From an uncultured Chloroflexia bacterium (GTDB taxonomy: Bacteria > Chloroflexota > Limnocylindria > Limnocylindrales > CSP1-4): DNA of 64,000 nt. The stretch covers positions 320,001-384,000 of the forward strand of contig CAVXPZ010000001.1 in NCBI GenBank assembly GCA_963763775.1, in the 5' to 3' direction. The notes beneath the pieces are model-generated. The model ran no database searches and was not told where the DNA came from. It was given only the letters and a program-made list of their open reading frames with translations. Below are positions 27,029 to 36,539 of the stretch, in pieces; position 1 is the first letter of the stretch, and each line of letters begins with the position of its first letter. The translations under genes and the position numbers were made by a program.

Positions 27029-29902
27029 ATGGATCGCCTGATGCTGCTCGACGGCAACGGGCTCATCTACCGCGGATACTTCGCCCTCATCGAGCAGCCC
27101 CTCACGACGTCGAAGGGCGAGCTGGTGTCGGCCGTGTTCGGGTTCACGAACATCGTGCTGCGGGCGTTCCAGGACGTGGGCCCGAGCCACGTCGCGGTCG
27201 CCTTCGACCTCCCGGCGCCGACGTTCCGACACGAGCGCTACGCGGAGTACAAGGCCACTCGGACACGGATGCCCGACGAGATGCGCGAGCAGATCCCGAA
27301 GGTCCGTCGAGTGGTCGCGGCACTCGGGATCCCGGTCTACGAGCTGTCGGGCTTCGAGGCGGACGACGTCATCGCGACGCTCGTCGGCCAGGCGGAGGCC
27401 CGCGAGCTCGACACGACGATCCTGACGGGCGACCTCGACATGCTCCAGCTCGTCTCGGAGCGCACGAAGCTCCTCGTCTCGCTTCGCGGCGGCATCGCCA
27501 ACACGGTCGCCTACGACCTCGCGAGGATCGACGAGCGCTGGGGGCTCCGGCCGGACCAGATGCTCGACTACAAGGCCCTCAAGGGCGACCCCACGGACAA
27601 CATCCCGGGTGTGCCTGGCGTCGGGGAGAAGACCGCCGCCAAGGTCGTGGCGACCTACGGCACGCTTGACGCGATGTACGAGGCCATCGACGACCTCCAG
27701 CCGGAGAAGTTGCGCGCGAAGCTGATCGACGCGAAGGACGTCGTCATCGAAAGCCGCGAGCTGATGCGCCTCGTCCGAGACCTGCCGATCACGCTCGACC
27801 TGGACGCGGGGCGCGTCGGCGAGTACGACCGAGACGAGGTGATCCGGATCTTCCGCGAGTACGAATTCCGGACGCTGATCGACCGGCTGCCGCCGCTGCG
27901 AGGCGAGGCGCCCGACGAGGCTGCGGCCCGGCTGCGCGAGATCGGCGGCACGGTCGGGGCCGCCCGGGCGCCCGGCGCACGGCCGGCGACGCCACCACGG
28001 CCGCGGCCGAGCGGCGACGGGCTCCAGCTGAGCCTCGACTTCGACACCGTCGGCGGCGGCACGACGGCGTACGAGGACCGCCCCATCGTGCCGGTGGCCC
28101 AGGGCGACCTGCCCGGGGCGCTCGCTGCCGCGGTCGAGGATCCGCGACACCTGGAGGTCCGTGGCGCCGATCGGATCGACGCGGATGTCGAGGCCTGGAT
28201 CGCGACCCAGACCGACGTGGGGGTCGCGCTCGTCGCGTCCGACCCGCGACCGCGGATGGGGGAGCCGCTCGCGTTCGCGGTGGCCGGCACGGACGGCCGG
28301 ACCATCGTCGCCGAGACGCCCGAGGCCATCGAGCGGCTGCTGGGGCTGGTCGTCGCCAGCGGGGCGCGGCTGGTCGGGCACGAGGTGAAGTCGATCCTGA
28401 CCGCGCGGTTCGCCGCCGTGCCCGGATCCGCACCCCTGCCCGTCGCCTTCGACACGCAGATCGCGGCCTACGTGCTCAATGCCTCGCTCCGCAGCCAGGC
28501 CATCGCCGACGTCGTCGCGGAGCGGCTCGACATCCAGATGCCGCTCCCCAAGGACATCGACCCCACGACCCGGGCCGGCCTCGAAGCGCTGGCGGCCACG
28601 GCCGCCCGCCCGCCGCTCGAACAGGCCCTCGCCGACGCGGGTCTTGCCCGCCTCCTCACGGAGATCGAGCTCCCGCTCATCCCCGTCCTCGCGCGGATGG
28701 AGGCGACGGGCGTCGCGCTCGACCTCGACACGCTGGGCGCCCTCGACCGCGAGTTCGCGACCGAGATCGACCGGCTCGAGCGCACGATCTACGACGCCGT
28801 CGGCCACCAGTTCACGATCGGCTCGCCCAAGCAGCTCGGCGAGGTCCTGTTCGGCGAGCTCAAGCTGCCGTATGGCCGCAAGACCAAGACCGGGTACTCG
28901 ACCGACGCGACCGTGCTCGAGGAGCTGCGGACCGTCCACCCGGTCATCGAGCCCGTGCTCGACTGGCGGACGTACACGAAGCTGCGCTCGACGTACCTCG
29001 AAGCGCTGCCGGCCCTCATCGCCGCCGACGGCCGACTCCACACGACGTTCCACCAGGCCGTCGCCGCCACCGGGCGGCTGTCCTCGTCCGACCCGAACCT
29101 GCAGAACATCCCGATCCGGAGCGACCTCGGTCGGCGCATCCGGCGGGCGTTCGTGGCCGGCAGCCCGGAGCTCACTCTCGTCGCCGCCGACTACAGCCAG
29201 ATCGAGCTGCGCATCCTTGCGCACGTGTCGGGCGACGCCCACCTCAAGGACGCGTTCGCCCGCGAGGCGGACATCCACCGCGAGACCGCGGCCCTCGTCC
29301 TCCACAAGGCGCCCGAGGACGTGACCGCCGACGAGCGCTCCATGGCCAAGATGGTCAACTTCGGGATCGCGTACGGCATGAGCGACTTCGGGCTCTCGAC
29401 GCGGGCGGGGATCAGCCGCCAGGAGGCGCAGCAGTTCATCTCGAACTACTTCGCCACGTACTCGGGGATCAGCTACTACATGCTCCACATCAAGGACGTC
29501 GCGAAGCAGCAGGGGTACGTCACGACCCTCCTCGGCCGCAAGCGGTCGATCCCCGAGCTCGAATCGAAGATCCCGGCGCTCCGCGGCGCGGGCGAGCGCA
29601 TGGCGATCAACATGCCGATCCAGGGCACAGCCGCCGACATCATGAAGATCGCGATGATCCACGTCGCCGACCGGCTCGCCGCGACCGGGTCACCGGCGCG
29701 CACGCTCCTCCAGGTCCACGACGAGCTCCTGTTCGAAGTGCCGCGCGACGGCGTGGACGCGCTCGTCGCCTTGGTGCGCGAGACGATGGAATCCGCCCTG
29801 CCGCTCGACGTTCCCCTGACCGTCGACGTCAAGTCCGGCGACGATTGGGAGTCGATGCGACCGATCCCGCGCGGGAGCACCGCGGCCATCGCCAGGGCCT
29901 GA
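27029..29902 (+). CDS. polA: DNA polymerase I
   Basis: 5'-nuclease LLDGN..YRGYFA, EADD, GDPTDNIPGVPGVGEKTA; TGRLSSSDPNLQNIP, ADYSQIELR, AKMVNFGIAYG, LLQVHDEL. Confidence 0.98.
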   Translation: MDRLMLLDGNGLIYRGYFALIEQPLTTSKGELVSAVFGFTNIVLRAFQDVGPSHVAVAFDLPAPTFRHERYAEYKATRTRMPDEMREQIPKVRRVVAALGIPVYELSGFEADDVIATLVGQAEARELDTTILTGDLDMLQLVSERTKLLVSLRGGIANTVAYDLARIDERWGLRPDQMLDYKALKGDPTDNIPGVPGVGEKTAAKVVATYGTLDAMYEAIDDLQPEKLRAKLIDAKDVVIESRELMRLVRDLPITLDLDAGRVGEYDRDEVIRIFREYEFRTLIDRLPPLRGEAPDEAAARLREIGGTVGAARAPGARPATPPRPRPSGDGLQLSLDFDTVGGGTTAYEDRPIVPVAQGDLPGALAAAVEDPRHLEVRGADRIDADVEAWIATQTDVGVALVASDPRPRMGEPLAFAVAGTDGRTIVAETPEAIERLLGLVVASGARLVGHEVKSILTARFAAVPGSAPLPVAFDTQIAAYVLNASLRSQAIADVVAERLDIQMPLPKDIDPTTRAGLEALAATAARPPLEQALADAGLARLLTEIELPLIPVLARMEATGVALDLDTLGALDREFATEIDRLERTIYDAVGHQFTIGSPKQLGEVLFGELKLPYGRKTKTGYSTDATVLEELRTVHPVIEPVLDWRTYTKLRSTYLEALPALIAADGRLHTTFHQAVAATGRLSSSDPNLQNIPIRSDLGRRIRRAFVAGSPELTLVAADYSQIELRILAHVSGDAHLKDAFAREADIHRETAALVLHKAPEDVTADERSMAKMVNFGIAYGMSDFGLSTRAGISRQEAQQFISNYFATYSGISYYMLHIKDVAKQQGYVTTLLGRKRSIPELESKIPALRGAGERMAINMPIQGTAADIMKIAMIHVADRLAATGSPARTLLQVHDELLFEVPRDGVDALVALVRETMESALPLDVPLTVDVKSGDDWESMRPIPRGSTAAIARA

Positions 29903-29913
29903 GGCGCGCGGAT

Positions 29914-30939
29914 ATGCCCGAGCTTCCTGAGGTCGAGACCGTCGCGCGCGACCTGCGACCCCACCTGGTCGGCGCGACGATCGTCGGCGCGCGCTGTTCC
30001 TGGGCCCGGACGCTCAGGACGCACACGCCTGAGGCGTTCGCGGAAGAGATCGCCGGCCGCCGGATCGAGTCGGTCGGGCGGCGCGCGAAGCAGCTCGTCT
30101 TCGAGCTGTCGGGCGACGCCGCGATGACCATCCACCTCAAGATGACCGGCCAGCTGTTCATCGTCCCTGCTGAGGCGGCGGAGGACCCCTACATCCGGCT
30201 CGTCCTCGAGCTCGCCGACGGCCGCGAGCTGCGCTTCCGCGACATCCGCAAGTTCGGCAAGGTCGGGCTCTATGGCCGCGACCCCGTCACCGGGGAGCTG
30301 GTCACCGAGGTCGGCGGCGGCGCCGTCTTCGCCGCCATCGGCCCCGAGCCGCTCGATCCGGCGTTCACGGTCCGCGAGTTCCGGCGGGGCCTGCGCCGTC
30401 GCAAGGGCCGGCTCAAGTCGCTGCTGCTCGACCAGTCGTTCATCGCCGGCGTGGGCAACATCTACGCGGACGAGGCGCTGTGGCTGTCGCGGCTGCACCC
30501 GCTCCGCTCGGCGAGGACCCTTCGGCCGCCCGACGAGCGACGGCTGTACCTCGCGATCCGCTCGATCCTCGCCGAGGCCGTCGAGCGCCGCGGTTCGTCC
30601 ATCGACGACTACACGGCGCCCGATGGCGACGGGGCGATGCAGGACCGGCTGGCCGTCTACCAGCGGACGGGCGAGCCGTGCCTCCGGTGCGGCCGCCCGC
30701 TGAAGCGCATCGTCGTCGGGGCGCGGAGCACGCACTTCTGCTCCTGGTGCCAGCGGCTCCCCGCGTCCGACCGCGCTGGCGCCCGGACCATCCTGCGCTC
30801 GATGACCGGCGGCCAGCGTCGCACCGGGCCACGCTGGAGCGAGCTGACGGACCGGACGAAGCGCGCCGCCGCGACGCGGCGAGCGGCGGCGCGGGCATCG
30901 TCCGGAGTTGCCGAGCCGGCCGTGAAGGGCCGGGCCTGA
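29914..30939 (+). CDS. mutM: Formamidopyrimidine-DNA glycosylase
   Basis: MPELPEVET, HLKMTG, RKFG, GVGNIYADE, C2-C2 zinc finger. Confidence 0.97.
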   Translation: MPELPEVETVARDLRPHLVGATIVGARCSWARTLRTHTPEAFAEEIAGRRIESVGRRAKQLVFELSGDAAMTIHLKMTGQLFIVPAEAAEDPYIRLVLELADGRELRFRDIRKFGKVGLYGRDPVTGELVTEVGGGAVFAAIGPEPLDPAFTVREFRRGLRRRKGRLKSLLLDQSFIAGVGNIYADEALWLSRLHPLRSARTLRPPDERRLYLAIRSILAEAVERRGSSIDDYTAPDGDGAMQDRLAVYQRTGEPCLRCGRPLKRIVVGARSTHFCSWCQRLPASDRAGARTILRSMTGGQRRTGPRWSELTDRTKRAAATRRAAARASSGVAEPAVKGRA

Positions 30940-32984
30940 TGTCGATCCTCCGCCTCGCCAAGGTGAGCCGGGAGGTCGGCGCGTTCGTCATCCTCGACGG
31001 CATCGAGGCCGCGATCGCCGCCGGCGACCGGATCGGCCTCGTCGGCCCCAATGGCGGCGGCAAGACGACGCTCCTTCGGCTCGCGGCCGGCCGTGACGAG
31101 CCGGATCGCGGCGAGGTCGTCCGCAAGCGCGGCCTGTCGATCGGGCTCCTGTCGCAGGAGGCGCACTTCGACGAGGTCCTGATGGCGGCGTCCGACCTGC
31201 GATCCGCGGTGCGGGCCGGGGCGGCGCATCTCGAGCGGATGGCGGCTTCGCTCGCCGAGTTCGAGCGCGACGGCCGCGTGACGGAGGCGGCCTACGCGAA
31301 CCTCCAGCACGAGTTCGAAGTGCTCGGCGGCTACACGCTCGACCAGCGCGTGGACGCGGCCCTGAGCGGTCTCGGGTTCGATCGCGACGAGTGGGCCAAG
31401 CCGCCGATGGCGATGTCCGGCGGCGAGCAGACGCGGGCCTCCCTCGCCCGGCTGGTCATCGCCGACCCGGACCTGCTGCTGCTCGACGAGCCGACGAACC
31501 ACCTCGACATCTCGGCGATCGAATGGCTCGAGGACCACCTCCGCAAGCGTCCCGGGTCGCTGCTGGTCGCGTCGCACGACCGGGCGTTCCTCGACGCGTC
31601 GGTGACGCGGATCTGGGAATTGCGGGACCGGCGGCTGACGGCCTTCCGCGGCGACTACAGCGCCTTCCACCGCCAGCGCGAGGAGCGCGATGCCCGGGCG
31701 ATCAAGGACGCCGACGTCACGGCCGAGTCGATCGCCCGCGAGCGCGAGCTCATCCAGCGCTACCGCAGCCACCGCAAGTTCAGCAAGCAGCACGAGCACG
31801 AGGCCCGGCTCGAGCGCCTGCTGGCGGAGCGGCAGGAGGCCCCGAGAGCGGGTCGCAAGCTCGCGATCCCGAACGCGTCACTCGCGGGTGGCGCCCCGAC
31901 CCGGTCCGGTGAGATCGTCGTCCGTGTGGAGGGCCTCGCCGTCGGCTACCTCCCGGGACGGGGCGCCATCGATGCCGACGGCGCCCCCGCCACCGAGTCG
32001 CGGATCGTCGCCCGGGTCCCGTTCCTCGCGGCCCAGCGTGGGGAGCGCATCGGGATCGTCGGCCCGAACGGCGCCGGGAAGACCACGCTCCTGCGCACGA
32101 TCGCGGGGGAGTTGCCGCCGCTCGACGGGGCGCTGACGTTCGGGCATGCCGTCCAGCTCGGGTATCTCGCGCAGCTCCGCGGGGCGGCGATCCCCGGCGC
32201 CACGGTCCTTGACGCCCTCCTTGAAGCGATCCCGGTCACCCCGGGCGAGGCCCGCGGGTATCTCGCCCGGTTCCTCTTCCGTGGCGACGATGTCGAGAAG
32301 GAGGTCAGGACGCTGTCGGGCGGCGAGCGGTCCCGGCTCGAACTGGCGCTCCTGGGGATCCAGCCGTCGAACCTCCTGCTGCTCGACGAGCCCACGAACC
32401 ACCTGGACATCCCGGCCCGCGAGGCCATCGAACGGTTCATGGCCGAATCGTCGGCGACCCTGCTGGTCGTGTCGCACGACCGGCGGCTCCTCGAGACCGT
32501 CTGCGAGAAGCTGTGGGTGGTGGACGGCGGGGCGGCGGCGCCATTCGACGGCGGCTATCGCGAGTGGCGAGCCGCGGTGGCCGGCGGTTGGACCGTCGCC
32601 GGGGCGATCGAGGCGGAGGCGAAGCGCCTGCGCGGTGGCGCCGCCGGCCGGGTCGGCGTCGACAAGACCACGTCTGTCGGCGTGTCGCCGTCCGACGGCC
32701 GCGCGGCCTCCCCGGTCCGGCCGGAGCCCGCGCCGGCCAAGCCGAGAGCCCGCAAGGCGGAGAAGCTCTCGAAGGACGCGTATCGCAAGCAGCGGACCGC
32801 GCTCGACGCGGAGCTCTCGCGGCTCGGCCTGCGCCGGAGCCACCTCGAACTCGCCATGGGCGACCCGAAGGTGGCCGCGAACTTCGTCGAGATGCGACGG
32901 GTGACGAGCGAGCTGGCGGATGTCGATGTCGCCCTGGCGGCCGCCGAGGACGCGTGGCTCGACCTCGAGGAGCGCGCGCCGTGA
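30939..32984 (+). CDS. ABC-F family ATPase
   Basis: Two NBDs (GPNGGGKTT, GPNGAGKTT; LDEPTNHLD twice), no TM segments, C-terminal coiled coil. Confidence 0.93.
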   Translation: MSILRLAKVSREVGAFVILDGIEAAIAAGDRIGLVGPNGGGKTTLLRLAAGRDEPDRGEVVRKRGLSIGLLSQEAHFDEVLMAASDLRSAVRAGAAHLERMAASLAEFERDGRVTEAAYANLQHEFEVLGGYTLDQRVDAALSGLGFDRDEWAKPPMAMSGGEQTRASLARLVIADPDLLLLDEPTNHLDISAIEWLEDHLRKRPGSLLVASHDRAFLDASVTRIWELRDRRLTAFRGDYSAFHRQREERDARAIKDADVTAESIARERELIQRYRSHRKFSKQHEHEARLERLLAERQEAPRAGRKLAIPNASLAGGAPTRSGEIVVRVEGLAVGYLPGRGAIDADGAPATESRIVARVPFLAAQRGERIGIVGPNGAGKTTLLRTIAGELPPLDGALTFGHAVQLGYLAQLRGAAIPGATVLDALLEAIPVTPGEARGYLARFLFRGDDVEKEVRTLSGGERSRLELALLGIQPSNLLLLDEPTNHLDIPAREAIERFMAESSATLLVVSHDRRLLETVCEKLWVVDGGAAAPFDGGYREWRAAVAGGWTVAGAIEAEAKRLRGGAAGRVGVDKTTSVGVSPSDGRAASPVRPEPAPAKPRARKAEKLSKDAYRKQRTALDAELSRLGLRRSHLELAMGDPKVAANFVEMRRVTSELADVDVALAAAEDAWLDLEERAP

Positions 32985-33594
32985 CCGTCCGCATCGGGAT
33001 CACCGGGCCGATCGGGTGCGGGAAGTCCACCGTCGCCGGGTGGCTCGGCGAGCGATCGGGCGTCGTCGTGATCGACGCGGACGTGGTCGCTCGGGAGGTG
33101 CTCGACCCAGGTCGAGCCGGCTCTTGGTGCCGTGTTCGCGCGGTTCGGCGAGAAGGTCCGGGTCGCCGACGGGTCGCTCGACCGCGCCGCGCTCGGTCGC
33201 ATCGTGTTCGCTGACCCGGCCGCGCTGCGCGACCTCGAGGCCATCGTCCATCCGGCTGTCCGCCCGCGGATCCTCGCGGCGATCGACGAGGGCGAGCGCC
33301 GCGGGGCGGTCGCGGTCGTCGTCGAGGCGATCAAGCTGGTCGAGGGTGGCCTCGCCGACCTGTGCGACGAGGTCTGGCTGGTGACCTGCGATCCCGGCCG
33401 TGCAGCTCGAGCGCGTCGCGGGGCGGGGGAGCGACCCGGCCGACGCAGCCGCACGGATCGCGGCGCAGGGCGACCTGGCGGCCCGGCTTCGCCCCGCGGC
33501 GACTCGCGTCATCGACACGACCGGGAGCGCCGAGACGACGCGGACCGAGGTCGGCAGGCTCCTCGCAGCGGTGATCGCCGAGCCGCCGATCTGA
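32981..33594 (+). CDS. coaE: Dephospho-CoA kinase (frameshifts near 33115 and 33398)
   Basis: IGITGPIGCGKSTV, IDAD, LDRAALGRIVF..LEAIVHP, RIAAQ, VIDTTG across three frames. Confidence 0.9.
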
Positions 33595-33634
33595 GAGCGG
33601 CACTACGACACGGTCGTGACGGCCGCCGTGAGAC

Positions 33635-33648
33635 CGAACGCCCGTTCG
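33635..33648. promoter_or_regulatory. LexA (SOS) box
   Basis: CGAAC-GCCC-GTTCG upstream of uvrB. Confidence 0.8.
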
Positions 33649-33682
33649 GTTCCGCGGCGGGATGCGATAGACTGGACCGCTG

Positions 33683-36032
33683 ATGCCCGACTTCAAGTTC
33701 GTCGCCCCGTTCGAGCCGACCGGTGACCAGCCAGCGGCGATCGAGCGCCTGAGCGAGGGCCTCGCCCGCGGCGTCCGGCACCAGACCCTGCTCGGAGCGA
33801 CCGGGAACGGGCAAGACGGCGACCCTCGCCTGGACCATCGCCCGGCACAACAAGCCCACCCTCGTCCTGGCCCACAACAAGACGCTGGCGGCCCAGCTGT
33901 ACGCGGAGTTCCGCGAGTTCTTCCCGGAGAACGCGGTCGAGTACTTCGTGAGCTACTTCGACTACTACCAGCCCGAGGCGTACCTGCCTCGGAGCGACAC
34001 GTACATCGAGAAGGACTCGTCGCGCAACGACGAGATCGACCGGCTCCGGCACGCGGCCACGCACGCGTTGTTCGAACGGCGGGACGTGATCATCGTCGCG
34101 AGCGTCAGCTGCATCTACGGCCTGGGCGCCCCGGTCGACTACGGCGCCACCGTCCTGAAACTCCGTGTCGGGGGGCAATACCGGCGCGACGCCGTGCTCC
34201 GCCACCTCGTCGACCTCCAGTACCAGCGCAACGACCAGGCGCTGACGCGCGCCCGGTTCCGGGTCCGCGGCGACACGCTGGAGCTCCAGCCGGCGTCGGA
34301 GGAGACGCTCATCCGAGTCGAGTTCTTCGGCGACGAGGTCGAGCGGATCACCGAGCTGGACCCGCTGACCGGTGAGCTCCTGGCGGAGCGCCGCGAGACC
34401 AACGTCTACCCCGCGACCCACTACGTGACGCCCAACGACAAGCTCAAGGAAGCCATCGTCGACATCGACGCCGAGATGGAGCTGCGTGTCGGCCAGCTCG
34501 AGGCGGAGGGCCGAGCGCTCGAGGGCGCGCGGCTCCGTCAACGCACGACGTTCGACCTGGAGATGATGCGCGAGCTCGGCTACTGCACCGGCATCGAGAA
34601 CTACTCGCGGCATCTCTCGCGCCGCGAGGCCGGCAGCCGGCCGTGGACGCTGCTCGACTATTTCCCGCCGGACTGGCTCCTCGTGGTCGACGAGTCGCAC
34701 ATGACGATCCCGCAGGTCGTCGGCATGTACAAGAACGACCGGACCCGCAAGGAGATCCTCGTCGACTTCGGGTTCCGGCTGCCGTCGGCGCTCGACAACC
34801 GGCCGCTGACGTTCGAGGAGTTCGAGGCCACGGTCCACCAGGCCGTCTACATGAGCGCGACGCCCGGTCCGTACGAGCTGGAGCGGAGCGAGACGATCGT
34901 CCAGCAGCTCATCCGACCGACGGGCGTCGTCGACCCGAAGATCACGGTGCGTCCGACCGACGGGCAGATCGACGACCTGCTCGAGGAGATCCGCGTCCGG
35001 GCGGAACGCGGCGAGCGTGCCCTGGTCACGACGCTCACGAAGAAGATGGCCGAGGACCTGACCGACTACCTCAAGGAGCTCGGGATCAAGGTCCAGTACC
35101 TCCACAGCGAGGTCGACACCCTCGAGCGCGTCGCGATCCTGCGGGACCTGCGGCTCGGCGTCTTCGACGTGCTCGTCGGCATCAACCTCCTCCGGGAGGG
35201 CATCGACCTGCCCGAGGTGACCCTGGTCGCGATCCTCGACGCCGACAAGGAGGGGTTCCTGCGCTCGGCGTGGTCGCTGATCCAGATGATCGGCCGCGCG
35301 GCCCGGAACATCGGCGGCGAGGTCGTGATGTACGCCGACAGGATCACCGAGTCGATGAAGGTCGCGATGGACGAGACCGAGCGCCGACGCACGATCCAGA
35401 CCGCCTATAACACCGAGCACGGCATCGAGCCGACGACGATCGTCAAGGGCATCCACGACCTGAACCAGCGGCTGCGCGCGGTCGCGGAGTCGACGGTCGT
35501 CTACAGCTCGGAGCGGGGCGGCGAGCTGACCGAGGCCGACCGGGCGAAGGTCGAGGCGCTCGTCGGGCGGATGGAGGCCGAGATGAAGTCGGCCGCGAAA
35601 CAGCTGGAGTTCGAGCGGGCGGCGGCACTCCGCGACGAGATCCAGCAGATCCGACTCCGCGTGCTCGAGCAGGACGCGTCGGTCATCGTCGGCAAGGCCG
35701 CCGAGCGCGCGGGTCGCGAGAGCCGCGGTCTGACCGGGGCGGCGGATCGTGCCCGTGGCCGGCGTGCCGACGACGCGGCGGCGCTCCTCTCGACGATGGA
35801 AGTCACGAGCGTCGAGGTCCTGCCCGCCGACGAGGAGCCGGCTGGCGCCGCCGACGGCGAGCCCGGCATCGACGAGAACACCGCCGCGGACTGGCTTCCG
35901 GGCATCCGGGACGAGCATGACGATGGCGGCGGCACGCAGGCACGCTGGCTCGAGCGACCGACCTGGGACCGGACCGTGACCCCCAACATCCGCAAGCGGA
36001 CGGGCCAGCGGCCGGGTCGGCGTCGCTTCTAA
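33683..36032 (+). CDS. uvrB: Excinuclease ABC subunit B (frameshift near 33806)
   Basis: [42 protein letters not shown]-terminal UVR domain. Confidence 0.97.
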
Positions 36033-36150
36033 GACGCAGTCGTCCGGAACCGACCTGCGGCGTGGTGCTCCGCATCTGGTGGTGCGCGGACGCGCCGGAA
36101 TCGTGTCCGGACCGGTAGGGGTCCGGTGTGGTTGGGACTAGATTGGTTCG

Positions 36151-36465
36151 GTGCCCCTGCGCCTCGCGACGCTGGTCCTCGCGCAGTCCCTCGACCTCGC
36201 CACGTTCTGGGTGATGGTCGGACGGCGAGGGGTGGCCGCCGAGATGAATCCGCTGGTCGGCGGGATGTACCTGCAGTTCGGGATGACCGCGATCGTGGCG
36301 GCCAAGGTCCTGCTCGTCACGCTGATCGCGGCGCTCGCCGTGGCGGCCTGGGCCCGCGGTGGACGGGGCGTGTGGTCGCTGGTCGGCGCCGTTCCGCTGG
36401 CGATGGCCATCGCGTTCGGCGTCATCGGCGGCTACACCAACACGCTCGCCTACCTGGGCGGCTGA
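36151..36465 (+). CDS. Small membrane protein (DUF5658-like)
   Basis: Q.LDLATF, E.NPL, AAKV; 3 TM segments; TAGATT 6 nt upstream of the GTG. Confidence 0.7.
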   Translation: MPLRLATLVLAQSLDLATFWVMVGRRGVAAEMNPLVGGMYLQFGMTAIVAAKVLLVTLIAALAVAAWARGGRGVWSLVGAVPLAMAIAFGVIGGYTNTLAYLGG

Positions 36466-36514
36466 CCGCCTCCGAGCCCGGCGTCGCGGGCGCGACATGG
36501 GCCCGCGGTGGACG

Positions 36515-36528
36515 AGAACGGGTGTTCT
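36515..36528. promoter_or_regulatory. LexA (SOS) box
   Basis: AGAAC-GGGT-GTTCT, 11 nt before the uvrA ATG. Confidence 0.85.
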
Positions 36529-36539
36529 ATTCCACCCGG

